Assembly: GCF_024521635.1 (NCBI RefSeq)
Contig: NW_026250437.1
Coordinates: 62,001-126,000, forward strand
Origin: Tricharina praecox
Taxonomy: Eukaryota
Reading direction: 5' to 3'
DNA: 64,000 bases
Of this stretch, positions 24,401 through 37,549 are shown in pieces. The notes below the pieces were generated by a model. That model worked only from the letters and a program-made list of their open reading frames with translations. It ran no database searches and had not been told where the DNA came from. Numbering within the stretch: the first letter of the stretch is position 1; every line of letters starts with the position of its first letter. Position numbers and translations under genes: made by a program.

Positions 24401-27400
24401 GGACTCCAAAATCGGAGGAGTGCCGGACATGACAGGTGGAGTGGGTGATCGAACGGCGAACCGAGAAATGTCCAGCGTGGGATGGTTCCGATCCTCTGAG
24501 AATGGCTCGGAACGAATAGAGTCTGCCTTTGATGACAGCGAAGGAACCGGCGTTCGGCCTTCCTCGTCGTTGGTCTCAGCAGCAGGCTCTACAGCCGCCT
24601 TCTCCTTGTCCTTGATGTTATCCAATTCGAGGAGCAAGTGGTCGAGCTTGCCGAGACTCCGTTGTCGGTCAATGACATGCTCCAAGCGGTCGATCTCGCG
24701 CTGCATCAGCTCCATGTCCTGCTCAGATTCCGCGAGTCGTTCCTCGAGAGTCGAAATGTAGTCTTCGCATCCCGCCTCGTTCTCACGAATCCGCGCAATC
24801 TCCTTCTGCAGTTCTCGGATGATGGCGGAGTTTTTCTCCTCTCCCGATGTATGGCCACTAAGCTTTGTCTCGAGGTCTTTAAGGTAGTTTTCGGTGCTCG
24901 ATTCGCGATCCACCATCTTCTGCAGACGAGCCTGAAGTTGGTGGTTGACGGTCTCAACATAGGCAAGCCTGCTCTCCTTCTCGAGCAGAGTGCTTTCCGA
25001 GTTACTCAGGGACGATCGAGTGCTAGTGAGCGACGATTCAAGGCTCTGAATCGTCTTTTCGTACTCCAAGACAACCTGCTCGACCGCTTCCGCAAAGGAA
25101 TTCGACCTCTTGATCCTGTCCACGGCAGAGTCGGCGTACTCAGTGGGGTGCGCCCGAGGCTCATCCGTGTCTGTCGCCCGGGTGATCTCGGAAATCACTT
25201 TGGCATGTCGTTGACTCAAAGCGGTGTAATTCTCCTGAAGATCGAGGAGCTGGTTCTGCAACTCAACCTCTCTTTCTGCCGAGCGACTGTCTCTAACTCC
25301 TCGCGTCTTCTCATTGGTTGTTCGCTCGTTCGATTCCGTTCTGTTGCTCTTGAGCTGCTCGCGGAGGAACGCAATTTCAGCACGTAACCGATCGATGAGT
25401 TGTTTCATGTCGCCGTCATCTGAGATTTGCTGAATCCGGGGTTTACTCTGGATGGCACGAGCGCGTTGAGCGTACTAGAGGCGAGGTCAATCATCCTGCA
25501 CTACCAATCCACAAAATGCAATTTTGGATTGACTTGCCTGAATGGTGTTCAGTGTTTCACTCAAGTGGAATTCGGCAGGCGTTACACAAGCAATCATGTA
25601 TGTGATGGCGTTACCACCCAGGGAGTCTTGCAGAAGTCGTGTGAGTTTAGAATCACGGTATGAGACGTGGGATCCCGATTGGCGTGATGAGAGTTGAGAT
25701 ATAACCTTGCCCAAACTTGCCAGACCTGCGTTGATAGAAATACCCTCCTTTGCTCGCTCTCCTTGGGCGTGGGTATTCTACGCACAAATTCTTAGCAACC
25801 CATAGCTTCGACTCCGCCTCCCCTTCGGCACCTTTCCCCCTGTATCGTGGATGGAGAGCCCTACCTTCAAACGTTCACTTCCCGCCAAGTCGACAAAGTG
25901 CATTTTGCTGTCAACAGTCATGAAACCCTCCGGTCCCATGTCCGCCGGCATCGACATTCTTTTCGAAGCCTTATCCATGTCCTTCACCTTGCGTTGGACC
26001 AAGTTCAAACTGAACACAGCATGCGAACGCGAAGATTTGGCGTTGATCGCGGTGGCATCGGTCTGTCGGATTGAGGACCCGAAGCTCAGCACTCCCATCA
26101 AATCCTGTACATTATTGATCTCGACTTGTCGCAATCCGGTCAGTAATATGCGCCCCTTCGTGTCCTCCCGGACGGTTATAGGTGCTCTGTCGTCGTGTCG
26201 CGTTCCTTCCGGCAATAACAGATCTCGCAGTTGCTCGTTGTAAATCTACAGGGTTGTGTTAGAGAAACATGCAACATCCGCCATCCCCGTTGGCACACGC
26301 GCACACTCCGTGACGGAGAGGGGCTCAGCATCAACAGCACCACAAAGACTCACCTCGACATATGTGGCCTTCATTGTCCAGCCTTTATCGGGGTTGTTCC
26401 GCTGAAGTGTCGCGATTGGGGTCGAATAGCGCACGGGCGCCCTAATACCAGAATTCTTATCGCAATTCGATCCTCCGAGTCTATCGAAGAGAGCAATGGC
26501 AGCCCTTGGGATTACCCCTGAAAAATACCAGTTGTATCAGCCCGCCATCCTGGTTACCGAAAAACAAAAAAACTACCCGCGCAGGCTAAACAGGACGACC
26601 CCCCACAGACTCGGGGGCGGAGAGTGCAGTGGGAGTTTCTGCACAACGAATGCTGCGTCTGGAGCCTGCCGTCTGACCCGGGGGAATGGCCTTACTCACC
26701 CATTTGGTGGTGATCGGGATGCTCGCCAGGCTCAGCCGTGCCCATGGTATACGACTTTCCAGCGCCGGATTGACCGTAGGCAAGAACTGACACATTGTAA
26801 CCCTGAAGAAACGCGTTGACGCTCTCCTCCAAGTACTCCCAGACGCCATCCTGTGTGACATCGGGCCCGAAAACACGATCGAAGACGAAGATTTTCCTGC
26901 CCTGCGGACTGTCGACGGCGGCGCTGGTGGGGCTCGTAACGTGTACCATTCCCCTCTGAAATCGCTGTGGGATCAACTCAAAGCCGGGGTCGGACGGTTT
27001 GAGCGGCGGCCGGACGCGTACAGCTGTGACAAAACAAAATCTCCATGTTAGAAAAAATGCGCACAATAAACTTTTTCAATGCTCGGAGTTTATAGCCCGA
27101 CCAATCCCAGACCACCGCAACCGTTACCGCTTAAATCCCCCCGCGATCCCAGCCCATTACCGCCAACTCTCCTTTCCCGACTCCCGAGAACACAGGGGGG
27201 CGGGAGGGTAGGAGGACGGCCAAGTAGGAGAGTATGCGGGAGAAAGTAATGCACAGGTAAAGCCGGGGATTGAGCTATAGCCTTGCAGTGGTGGGGACAG
27301 TGGCGAGGTGATGGAGATACACGTACCGACTTTGACAGATGTCCTCCCATCCTCATCCGAGGCTCTGCTTCCACCCGCTCGACTGCTCATGCTCATCCGA

Positions 27401-27486
27401 CTCGAGCTTCGCGCAGGTCGCATCATGGCGCTCATGGGTCGCGGAGGGTGGTCGCGCGGTGACGGCGACCCTGGAGACCCGACCAT
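21460..27486 (-). CDS. Kinesin-4 family (KIF4/KIF21-like) motor with long coiled-coil tail, ~1741 aa
   Basis: Seven exons: 27486-27327, 27023-26700, 26517-26354, 26245-25865, 25777-25538, 25474-22070, 22011-21460 (5226 nt, in frame). Motifs: VAVRVRP, P-loop [17 protein letters not shown], switch I NAKSSRSH, switch [27 protein letters not shown]. Intron 5 is GC-AG. Confidence 0.95.
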
Positions 27487-30400
27487 TGCCGCCGGAGGAT
27501 TGGTTCTGACTTGCTGTGTATTTTGAGCGACGATGGTTCGGTGGTTGATGTGGTTGTAGATGGTGTAGTGTGTGCGTGGTACGGTATTACTATGGTTGTG
27601 GTATATGCGTGTTTATTTGGAGTCGTTGTAGGTAATCGTGCTCGTGACGATCGTCAAGATTATCGTCGAAGGAGTGATACTGTTAAGGAGCGTATTGGGT
27701 TGATTCTGGGGACGGTGGTGGAGGTCGGTGGGTGGTTGAAGGGCCGTGTGTTGCTAGGCGGAAGAGGAGGGAGGGAGGGTGGTGGGTATTGGTGGTGGTA
27801 GAGGTGGTAGAGGTGGTAGTGGTGGTAGTGGTGGTGGTGTTCTTCCTATGGCTTTCCTCTCTCACACTTCCTCGCTCTGTCGAAGGAGGTAGGACAGATG
27901 GCAGGCGTAGCGATACTGGTGGTGTTGGTGTTGGAGGAAGGAGTGAGATGGCAAGGGGGGGTGTGTGGAGGGGGGCTTGCTTGCTGTAGAGTAGCGGGCT
28001 AACGAGTCGTCGCGCGTTCCTCCCTTCGGTCGTTGGGCGGTGGTGCTAGTCCCGGTATTGGTCTTCGTTCGTTCTGCTCGTCCTTCGTCTTCTTCTACTT
28101 TTAGAAGGAGTCTTCACGCTCGCAGAGCTGTCATGGGCGGCACCCGGTTCGACTGCCAGTTAATCACGATGGGCCACGAATGGGCACCCTCTCCATGAAC
28201 AGCAGCAACAGCATCATCAGCATCATCATCACACATCTATCTAGAGTACTCGGCGTCTACGTTTACGTCTGCTGCAGCTGCCTCGCCTGCTGGCAGCAAT
28301 GAACGGTGATGGGTGAGTAAAGTTCGCAGCTCGCCGGCGAGCATTGCCACTGGTCGGACCGTCGAAGGATGGCGAGGCAGAGCGGGGAATTCGGTGAAGG
28401 TAAGGATGTGGGACAGACGGCACTCTAATATCGGGCCTGACAGGCAATCAATCGCAAGAAGGTGCCGTCAAAGGAGGAGACAGAAAAGGAGATCTTTCTC
28501 TCCAGATCTAAAAATGCCCACGCCCTCCCATTCCATCCAACCAAGTCCCTCTCTTTCCCCGTTCATCCACTCTCACTCTTTTAATCGAATGAGGCGATCT
28601 GAAAGGGTCCGCACACACCTATTCACACACACACCACACCACTGCCACCCACCACCTCACAAAACACGCGGCACACAAGCGAGATCAACGGTTAAATCCA
28701 GGAACACCAGTCAACATCTCTCCTTCGGCGGGGAGCGGCAATTGTTCTCGCACTCTCTCTCAGTCTACGCCACCCCTTTGCCTGCGGTACCGGGCCGGGA
28801 CGATATCTGAAGTGGACCCTTTTTCTTCAAGGGAAGCTCCTGCAGTTTGTTTCGTTTCTTTTTTTTCTTTTCCCATGGTAAGAGCTTGCTCGCCCTGCAA
28901 CTGCTGCACTAAGCTAGTGATGCCGGCTGTAATCCTCTCGCCAAGACAGAAGGGAAACTGCGGGAGTTACCTGGCGATGCTCCCAGGTATCCTAGGTAGC
29001 CTTCCTCGAATCCAAAGTATCAATCCGTGAGTTCAACTTCGAGTTCATCGTTGATGATCCGTTGGAAATCATCCGCTGCAGACGTCAAAAAATCTAGCAC
29101 TCGAATGGCCCACGCCTCGTCGATCCCCAACTCCTGCTCCGGAGCTTTTGCATGAGATATCCAAGACCGCGGAGCGCCCACTCGCCCGGCGTACGTACTC
29201 TACATATGTAGAGTATGCAGAGACGGGGCGGTAAATTCTCTCGAGCGATGTGGGGCGTCAAGATGTCGCACTGGATCTAGAGGATATGTCAGGCGGTAAC
29301 TCGGAAGACAGGAGAGTACAGTTCCCACATACCGCATAATCCACACGTCATCGAGTTCGACGGTGAAGCTGTAAATTTGTCACCGTTGTCGTCGTTGACG
29401 CTGTCGCGGTTGCCTTCGCCGTCGTGGTGCTGTCGTGGTCGTTGGAGTTGTTGGATGGGGTTGGCGGGTATGTCCGATCGAACAAGTCCCCTCCACCAGC
29501 AACGAGCTCGTACTCGGCTTCATTCGGATTCTTGCAGCGGGTGCTCGTGTTCGAACTTCACCCGCGCGAACAGATGGGTGAAGTACTCTACTATAGCATA
29601 TCTACTGAACGTCGCGCCGTCTATGCACGTTTACTCGCCCACTCCTCCGAGCGGTTGCGGAGAACTCACAGCCAACGCAACCACCACCACCACCATCACC
29701 ACCACCACCATCACCACCACCACCGTCGCCATCGCCATCGCCAACACCAGCATCCGCAGCATCGGAAACATCTGTACTTACGCGTCCGACCCAGCGTCTC
29801 CCACGCGACCGGAACCGGTTAGCCCGACAATGGGGGGTCCGTTCGGCTGGGAAGAACACGGAAAGATGGGGGCGGGCGAGACTCGAGAGGGGGAGGGGGG
29901 GAGGCATGTTTGGTTTGTCGAGTGCGGAAAAAGTCCGAGCACCCCTCTCCCTCTCCTCTCCTCGGCATGCAGAATGGATCATGCATATCGACTGCTTCCA
30001 CGAAGCATAGCATGCACATGTCGAGGATGCGGCAGTTGCTGTGCGATACACGATCTCGGCTCGCCCAGCATTCCGACCGTTCGTTCGAAATCCAAACCTG
30101 CAGTAGAATTTTCCCTTCCCCTCCAAACCCTTTGATGGAGAAAAAAGGAGAACATCCCCAACCCGGTAGAAGATGGATGGAAGAGTTCGGCGGTGGGGCG
30201 GGCACGCACGCTAGATACTCTAGTTGGCACTAGCAAACACAAGCGACCACCCCTCGTTCTTCCTGCAGCCAGCAGGTGTGCGCGCATGCAGGAGGGGCGA
30301 GCTCGTCACGTCCTGATTCGGGCGGAAGTACGAAAGTACGAGCTGAGGCGTCGAAAAGGGGAAACGAACGAAGACGAGAGCTTTTTTCTTTTCCTTTTCG

Positions 30401-32374
30401 TTCCTGGCTAGGGGCGAGGGTTGGGTTGGCCACCCGGCTGCACCGCTGCCAGTCAGCAACACCTTCCCCCCCCCCCCCGACCCATCCCATCCTCCTCGAA
30501 TCACCGCGGCTACGGTGGGAGGTGGAGACATGTACCGTACCGGTGTATGTGCACACACGTCTGGTGCAGCATCTTTAAGCTGGGTTGCTTCTCTAATTGA
30601 GTTGCTTCTCTTTCTCTTTCCGTATGGTTCGTCTGTTTTCGCCTGTAGGCTGTGTTTGATGAGCAGCAACTTCCCTCCGCACAGTCCACCCGCGTAGGTA
30701 CTCTACTCTACTCTATGTGCCCACTCCGCACGGAAAGTCCCACCGTTTCAAGTGTCCCACGTCCCAGGGGCTGGCCTTGCTTGTTGGAGATCAACTCGAC
30801 TCGTCTCGACTCGCGATGTTGCAATCAGTTGGATCTGCAGTTTCAGATGCAGCTGGCTGATTGAAAGGGATCTGGCCTTGTCTTTGTACTCTACACACTC
30901 TGTAGCTCTTGACGGCGGTGGGGTTCCCATCAGGAACCCCTCCCATTTACGTTCACCTATGTCTCCATCGGGACAGCGGGACAGCGGGAGATAGAAATTT
31001 TCACGGACAGAAACGCGGTGAAGAAGGTGAAGAAGCAGAGACCTTCCAGAAGTCGCGATGCAGCGCAGATCCTTCGTCCATCATCCAGCCATCATCCAGC
31101 CATCCAATTACATGTGCACGAGCAGCCTTGGTAGTGCCCCCCGTGTCTCCCCGTTCAATTTCGGATCTGCCGTAGAGAAGGCGGTATCTAACTATAGGTA
31201 GTAGAGCATCGTGGAGCGTGGAGCGTGGGGCGTGGGGCTAATGCAGTGGCGGAGATGATGCTGATGGATGGATCGAGTTGTGATGGCGGTGTCTCGGAGA
31301 CTATGCCTACGGCGGTGGACGGGGCACGGGGTGCGGAACATAGGCTCTCACTCGGAGTGAGGATGATGGATGAAGGATTGGTATTTGAAGACGACGACGA
31401 CAATGACTTCTCGCATGCGAAAATCGTGGTGGATATCTGAACGTGCTATTCTACCTACCTAGTTGAAGAGAGTCGGAGGCTGCGCATTGCCCGGATCTTG
31501 AGCGCGCAACGCCAGAGGCTACAGTGTCTGATAAAAGGTGACCTTCACCAGTAGAAGTCGGAGAGGCCGACGTGCGATCCTACGTGCGAGGAACATCTCG
31601 TCAACATCGTAGTCCCCTACAAATCCGTTCCCTTGGACAACATGGCAAATACATCCCGCCTCATGTTTTGGAATCAGATCTCACGATCGCGATTCAGGTC
31701 TGCGAGTCTGCAGTGATCACGACCACGAGGAAAGCAGCAGCCCGTTGTCTTTCGAGGGCTGTGGGATGATTTGACTTGGCTAAGTCCATGTGAGGAATCT
31801 GGAGACACATACATAGCTAAAAAGGGAAGTATCATGGTAGACACGGGAAAGATACTCTTCGGCTGGGTGCATATGTGGCTTTTCGAGGACGACTCAGTTC
31901 AGCTCGTCTCTGGGGTACATCGACCTGTTGCAAGAGGGGGGATATCTCAGCTGGAATGGAGTATCCAAGTCTCATTCCTCTCTGGATCATCCGAGCCTGC
32001 ACTTGTATGTACCGCCTCTCACGAGCGGATCGAAAGCGAATGGCACTTCGAGCCCTCTCTCTGCCCAAAACCGAGTGACAGCCATGATTTCACATGCCTC
32101 CCGGCCTTGGCCGAGCTCAGCCCTACGGTATCAGCCTTCGTTACACGGCGCATCTATACGGCAACGTACGCGTGCGTGCGAGCGTGCATCCCGCCAACCT
32201 CGGCCCACGTACGGCCCACGTACGGCCAACCCACGGCATGCCTTAACCGCAGCGCACCGCACCTCATCACCTCCGCCAACGCTTCAAGCTTCCCATCTCC
32301 TCTTCTCTTCTGTTCTCCCTCATAGTTACTCTACCTCACTAAACACGGCAAGAAACGAAGCACGATACAATACT

Positions 32375-33988
32375 ATGGCAAACAGACTTGCACAGTTCGT
32401 TGGTCACTTGGAGTTATCGCCCATTGCGCAGGTCGCTGGGAACTCGGTTGGGAGGTGGGTTACGGCGGGATGGGGCGGGCAGGCGGGCAGGCGGGCAGGC
32501 AGGCGGGGTGTCTGGGTGTCTGGGTAGGTGGGAGTGCTGACGAAGTGAATACCCAGACGTTTGGAGGGGAAGGTTGCAATTATCACTGGTATGTCCTGTA
32601 TCCCGCCCGATCACTTATGAGTTGGGCCTGACATTCCGCAGGCTGTAATTCACCGGTAACGACCCCCACCTCTCTCCCACCATGCTATCATAGGCTCTCG
32701 TTCTAAGAGCTCACCGTCCAGCTCGGAATCGGCCGCGCAACAGCGCACCAATTCGCTTACAACGGCGTGCGGGCATTGTACGTGTGCGACTTCGACGGCT
32801 CCCACCTTCCGGCGCTGCAGCGCGAGATCGCCGCGTCATACCCGGGCGTGCAGGTGTTCGCGCGCACTTTCGATGCCGCCGACGAGGCCGCCGTCAAAGC
32901 CGTGGTCGATGAGGCCGTCAAGGATCATGGCCGCCTCGACGTGTTCTTTGCCAATGCTGGCATCGTCGGCAGTCATGTCCCCGTCACTGATATTCCGATC
33001 GATCAGTTTATGTGGACTATGAGGGTTAATGTTTCGAGGTGAGTGGGGGGGGGGGAGGGGCGAGGGGGAAAGTGTGCGGGGAGCGGGGGGGGGCTGATTT
33101 GGAATAGTGTCTTCCTGGCCGTCAAGCATGCGTCGAAGGCAATGATGTTCACCGGCCCAGAGAAGCCGCAGTCCGGCGGATCGTTTATCGCCACCGCATC
33201 CACCGCGGGAATCAGGTCTGGAGCTGGCGCAAGTACTAATCCCCCGTTCCCGTAACCTACTACCTATCCCATGACCCTCCGAACGACGTTGCTGGATACA
33301 CAAAGTCAAAATTCGAGGTCCAGAGCGGTGATGGCGAGGGCACGTATATCTCACGGCACCCGCCCGTCCTACGGACCGCGCCGAGTCCGGTTATATATGC
33401 CCCACTATTAGCGGGACTCCGCAGCCGGGAGTGCCGTGCTCGGTGCCCTTCCTGTCAAGCTGTCAATCTGTCAAGCTATCCCCTCTCCCCGACCGTTTCC
33501 CATACTCACCTACCCACCCACCTACCCACACCCCCTTCCGCAGACATATAATAACACGCCCTCATAGCCGACTACTCCGCGTCCAAAGCGGCGGTGATAA
33601 ACATGATGCAAACGAGTGCGTTCCAGCTATCGGGGACGAACATCCGCTGCAACGCCGTGTGCCCAGGCCTGATCGAGACGGGGATGACAGCGGCGGTCTA
33701 CGACGGCGCCCGCAAACGCGGCACCGAGGCGAAGATTGGACAGATCAATCCCCTCAAGCGCGGGGGAAACGCGGATGAGATCGCAAGGGTTGCGTTGTTT
33801 CTGGCTAGTGATGAGTATGTCTCCGCCTCCAGTGGAAACGGGGGGATGGGGGGATGGGAAGGGGATGCGGAGAAAGCGGGCTGACGAATGCTGGATCGTG
33901 CAGGAGCTCGTACGTGAACGCGCAGTTCTGGGCCGTCGATGGCGGGCTCAGCGGGAGTCATCCTACTATGCCGGGGAGGATGGCGTAG
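32375..33988 (+). CDS. Classical short-chain dehydrogenase/reductase with N-terminal PTS2 (probably peroxisomal)
   Basis: Seven exons: 32375-32454, 32557-32588, 32642-32655, 32722-33038, 33108-33232, 33568-33814, 33904-33988. Motifs: [19 protein letters not shown] (Rossmann fold), ANAG, catalytic [19 protein letters not shown]. The N-terminus contains RLAQFVGHL. Confidence 0.92.
33270..33452 (+). ncRNA. Candidate structured intronic RNA element in SDR intron 5
   Basis: Complementary pairs: GAGGGCAC 33336-43 with GTGCCCTT 33443-50; CACGGCAC 33352-59 with GTGCCGTG 33431-38; GAGTCC 33383-88 with GGACTC 33414-19; GTCC-tac-GGAC 33366-76; CTGGA with TCCAG in an upstream hairpin. I recognise no known family. 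Confidence 0.35.
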
Positions 33989-34863
33989 GCCCGTTGAAAC
34001 GTTGAACGGTTGAACGGTTGTGTTGTGTCGATATGGTTGTTTCATGAATGGTTATGTATTCTGTCCGCTCGTAGTCATGTAACTATCGCCGGTTGATATC
34101 CTATATTTCTTAGGGCATTGCGCGGGTGCGATGGTACATCCGCTACATACCTCCGGTACATCGGGCATACCGTCGCCTACAACCCTTCATTCTCGCCGGA
34201 TGCCGGTGTGTAGGTATGTGGGAAGTAGTTGTTGTAATTGTGAAATGTATTTTTACCGTGCATGGCATTGCATCAGGGAATGAGTATAGTAACAAGTGAC
34301 AAGTAACCCCTAGTAACGAGTATACAACGAGGATATCGATTGCATTCGGGCAGGGAGTACATGAAGTCCACCCCCTCACCCCCTCACCCCCGCACCGTGT
34401 AGAGTATATATGTGGGAAGCAAGTGGAGTGGAGTAGATGCAATGCCTAACTGGGCCCTGTGCATGCTATTCGCCTCCAGAGCATGCGGAGGATGCAGAGC
34501 ATGCAGAGGATGCAGAGCCTACAGAAGTTTCTTTTGCGGTTGTGGAGGCGGTTGTAACAAGTAAGCAACTTCTTACCCACAAGCAAGAAACCGAGTGCAA
34601 ACTCATGCCTCACCTGGCCCTCACCCTTCTCTTTCCTCCCTCTTTTTCCTCCCCGTCTCCCTGCTTCCCCACCCCTCTCTCCCTCTCGCTCGCCTCCCCT
34701 CCTCCGCCTTCCCCTATGTAGAGTATGTAGGCAGAGTAAGCATGTATGTAGGAAAGTGGATATCACGAGACCACCAAACAGACAAAACAACAAAACAAAG
34801 CAAAATAACACAACACAACACAACAACACGGCCCAAGCTCCCGAGCCGTGTGTGTTCGTGTGT

Positions 34864-34866
<3 letters not shown>

Positions 34867-34900
<34 letters not shown>
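34867..34900. repeat. (GT)n dinucleotide microsatellite
   Basis: gtgtgt... run. Confidence 0.9.
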
Positions 34901-34901
<1 letters not shown>

Positions 34902-36014
34902 AATACTCAGGGTACTCCACTATGATGGTTAGGTGGGAGGGAGGTAGTCCGTGTCCCCTTCTATGGAGCAGAGTGTGATTTTGTTTCCTTTCTTATTTCT
35001 ACGGGCTGCTTGGTGGTGCTGCTTGGTAGTGCTGCTTGGTGGTGGTGGTGTCGCATTTTGGAACGTGCCCACCGCCCACCGCCCACCGCCCACTGCCAAC
35101 TGCCAACTGCCAACTACTAGTAGTGTACCTGGGTAACCACGGTAGAAAATAATCGGATACACAGATGGATACCATGGTCCACGACTGCGCCAGAGGGCCG
35201 GACCGTCGCAGCTACTTTTATAAGTAGAGTACTGGTAGACTCACTCTCGACGTCTCGACGTCGAGGATTCGAAAGCAATAGCTATCATATCTACAGATAT
35301 TTGAGTTGTACCATAGATACCATACAGGAGCTTATCATGCTGATACGGTAGTTATCTTCATTCACACACACACGGCTGTTCATGAAGTCCACGCTTTATT
35401 TATGTCTATGTGTGTGTGTGTGTGGGGGGGGGAGTTTACTATTAGCGCGTCCGATTACTATTTTCCATGTCCCCTGGTGGATACTGGAGAGGGAAGCGTG
35501 GGCGTGGGGGAAGAAGCAATTATCTTTTATTTTCGCCTTCCTTTGTTTTTGTTTTCTTCGATTCTCGGCGAAGAAAAGGTCAAGAAAGAAAAGGTCAAGG
35601 AGGAGTGCTGACTGTGTAGTAGATACCGTATGGTGATATGATCGCCACGATACGATACATACGGCGGTAAGTTGGAGAAACCCACGGGTTTACCTACCTT
35701 GATGTTTGACATATATAGAGTGATATGCATCATAGAAGGAGGAGGAAGAGGAGGAAGAGGAGGAGAAGTTGTGCGGTGAAGGAGTGCAGTGCGCACGGGC
35801 GCAGGGAAAAAAATGAGAATTTGGCCATGAAATCGGGAGCCGAAGGCGTTTAGCCGAGGCCTTTTAGAGCGGCGGTTTCTGGAGCGGTTTGTTTGGGCGG
35901 GCGGACGAGCAGGGAACAGAAACGGAAGGGGATGGGGAAGGAAGGGTCTTGCTTGCTGTCTTCGGATTCGTTTAACCGATGAGTGTGGTTGTCGGATACG
36001 AGACGAGTAGAAAC

Positions 36015-36045
<31 letters not shown>

Positions 36046-37514
36046 GAAGAAGAAGAAGAAGAAGAGAGAGGGATGTTCCTGGCCTGGAACTGGATGGAGA
36101 GCAGGCGATATCTATCCGTTCCTCGGTGGGTTGTCAGAAGGTTAGGTTGTGATGTGGTTCTAGAGTAGTGGCTTGTTTTCGAAATTCCATCCGTGCGGAG
36201 GAGGCACGACCCAACCAACCCCCACGGGCCGAAACACCGACAGTGAGAGCGTCGGCACACATCTCCTTTCCAGGTGGAAGGCGTGAACGCTTTGATGGCG
36301 AGTCTGCACTCTCGGTGTGCTTACACATCTACAGACCTTCCTTGTTATGTATAGGCAGGCACCGTATGCACAGAAATACGGGTCGTTGACGCAGTGCATC
36401 ATCGTCACTTCCGACAGAGTGGTCGTCGAACTAGAGGAGATGGAGGGTCATAGTGAGAGGAGCTTGCTGCCCCGGGTGCGAGGAGCATTTCCCTCGAGAT
36501 GATGGCGGTGATGATGATAGTGATGATGCTATCTATCCGCTGTGCGGTCGGTCGGTACTGCAATCTGCAGAAGCAGCAGCGGGAGGTTTGTGATGGACTC
36601 TGCAAATGCGCAGACTAGAGTGCTACTGCGTCGTGCGGCCGCCGTGGGTTGGATGCGAGATTTGGTGTTCACAGATACTCTAGATATCGATCGCGCCGGC
36701 GGCGGCGGTGTGCCGGGGGGAGGGGAGGGGATGAAGCCAACATGTGTGCTCCTGCAGAGTGGACATCCAACCAACCCAACCGTCACCAACCACCCACAGC
36801 TGCGATCCGTGACGGAGATGGGGGAAGGTGTGAGACTGATTTCGATTGCCAGTCGACTGTTGGATATCGTGAAGCCGACAACCATGACAGGTATCTCGGT
36901 GGGTCTCGAAATGCTCGCACTCTATTTCCTTTCCTTTCCTTGCCTGTTCTCTGTCGTCCTGTTCGCCGTTGACTCCGAACGGCCGCAGGGAGAAGGCCAT
37001 CGTGCCAAGTGCATCGATCAACCGAATTCTGCAGACCGAATCTCCAACAGCTGCAGGTACCTCACGCCCCAAGCCAGTAGGATTGCGAGCAGCGGGGCCG
37101 GTCTAGCCCGACTCGTCACGCCCGCCGACCTGGAAGACTTCCGACGGAGGCCCGAGCTGCCTGTGGTGCGTGCATGCTGGAAAAGGGGATGGGAAGGCAT
37201 GGGATGGGATGGATGGGGTGGAAGGCATCTCTCGCCGAAGGATTTCTTTGGGCCTGTTCGGACGTTCGACTCGCAGCACCTGCCACTAGGGCAGGTAGTC
37301 GGCGTGCCCCGGTCCTCGCGCCGCATCCCTGCCCGCGTCTGGCCATCGCGCTCTCCAGCCAATGGCATCGTAGCATCGCGTGTGAGACTGCGGTGGAACG
37401 CCATCTGCACTTGGCCTCTCCCAGCCGTTTCGTGATGTTCCGTGCGGCACTTGGGAGAATGCGCGGAATGGTCTCGTCCCCTCGTTCGTTCCTCTCGCTC
37501 CTCTCCTGCTGCAT

Positions 37515-37549
<35 letters not shown>

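Noticed and set aside
21271..25387. Long plus-strand ORFs opposite the kinesin
   Set aside because: Antisense shadows of a codon-biased coiled-coil gene.
29377..30135. 252-aa ORF with poly-Thr
   Set aside because: Driven by a (CAC)n repeat, with a TTG start and no domain.
33270..33452. TPP riboswitch or snoRNA in the SDR intron
   Set aside because: The TPP core (CUGAGA plus the CUGAU...AUAAU...GCG region) is absent, there is no well-placed H box with ACA tail, and there is no C/D pair. Kept only as an unclassified structure.
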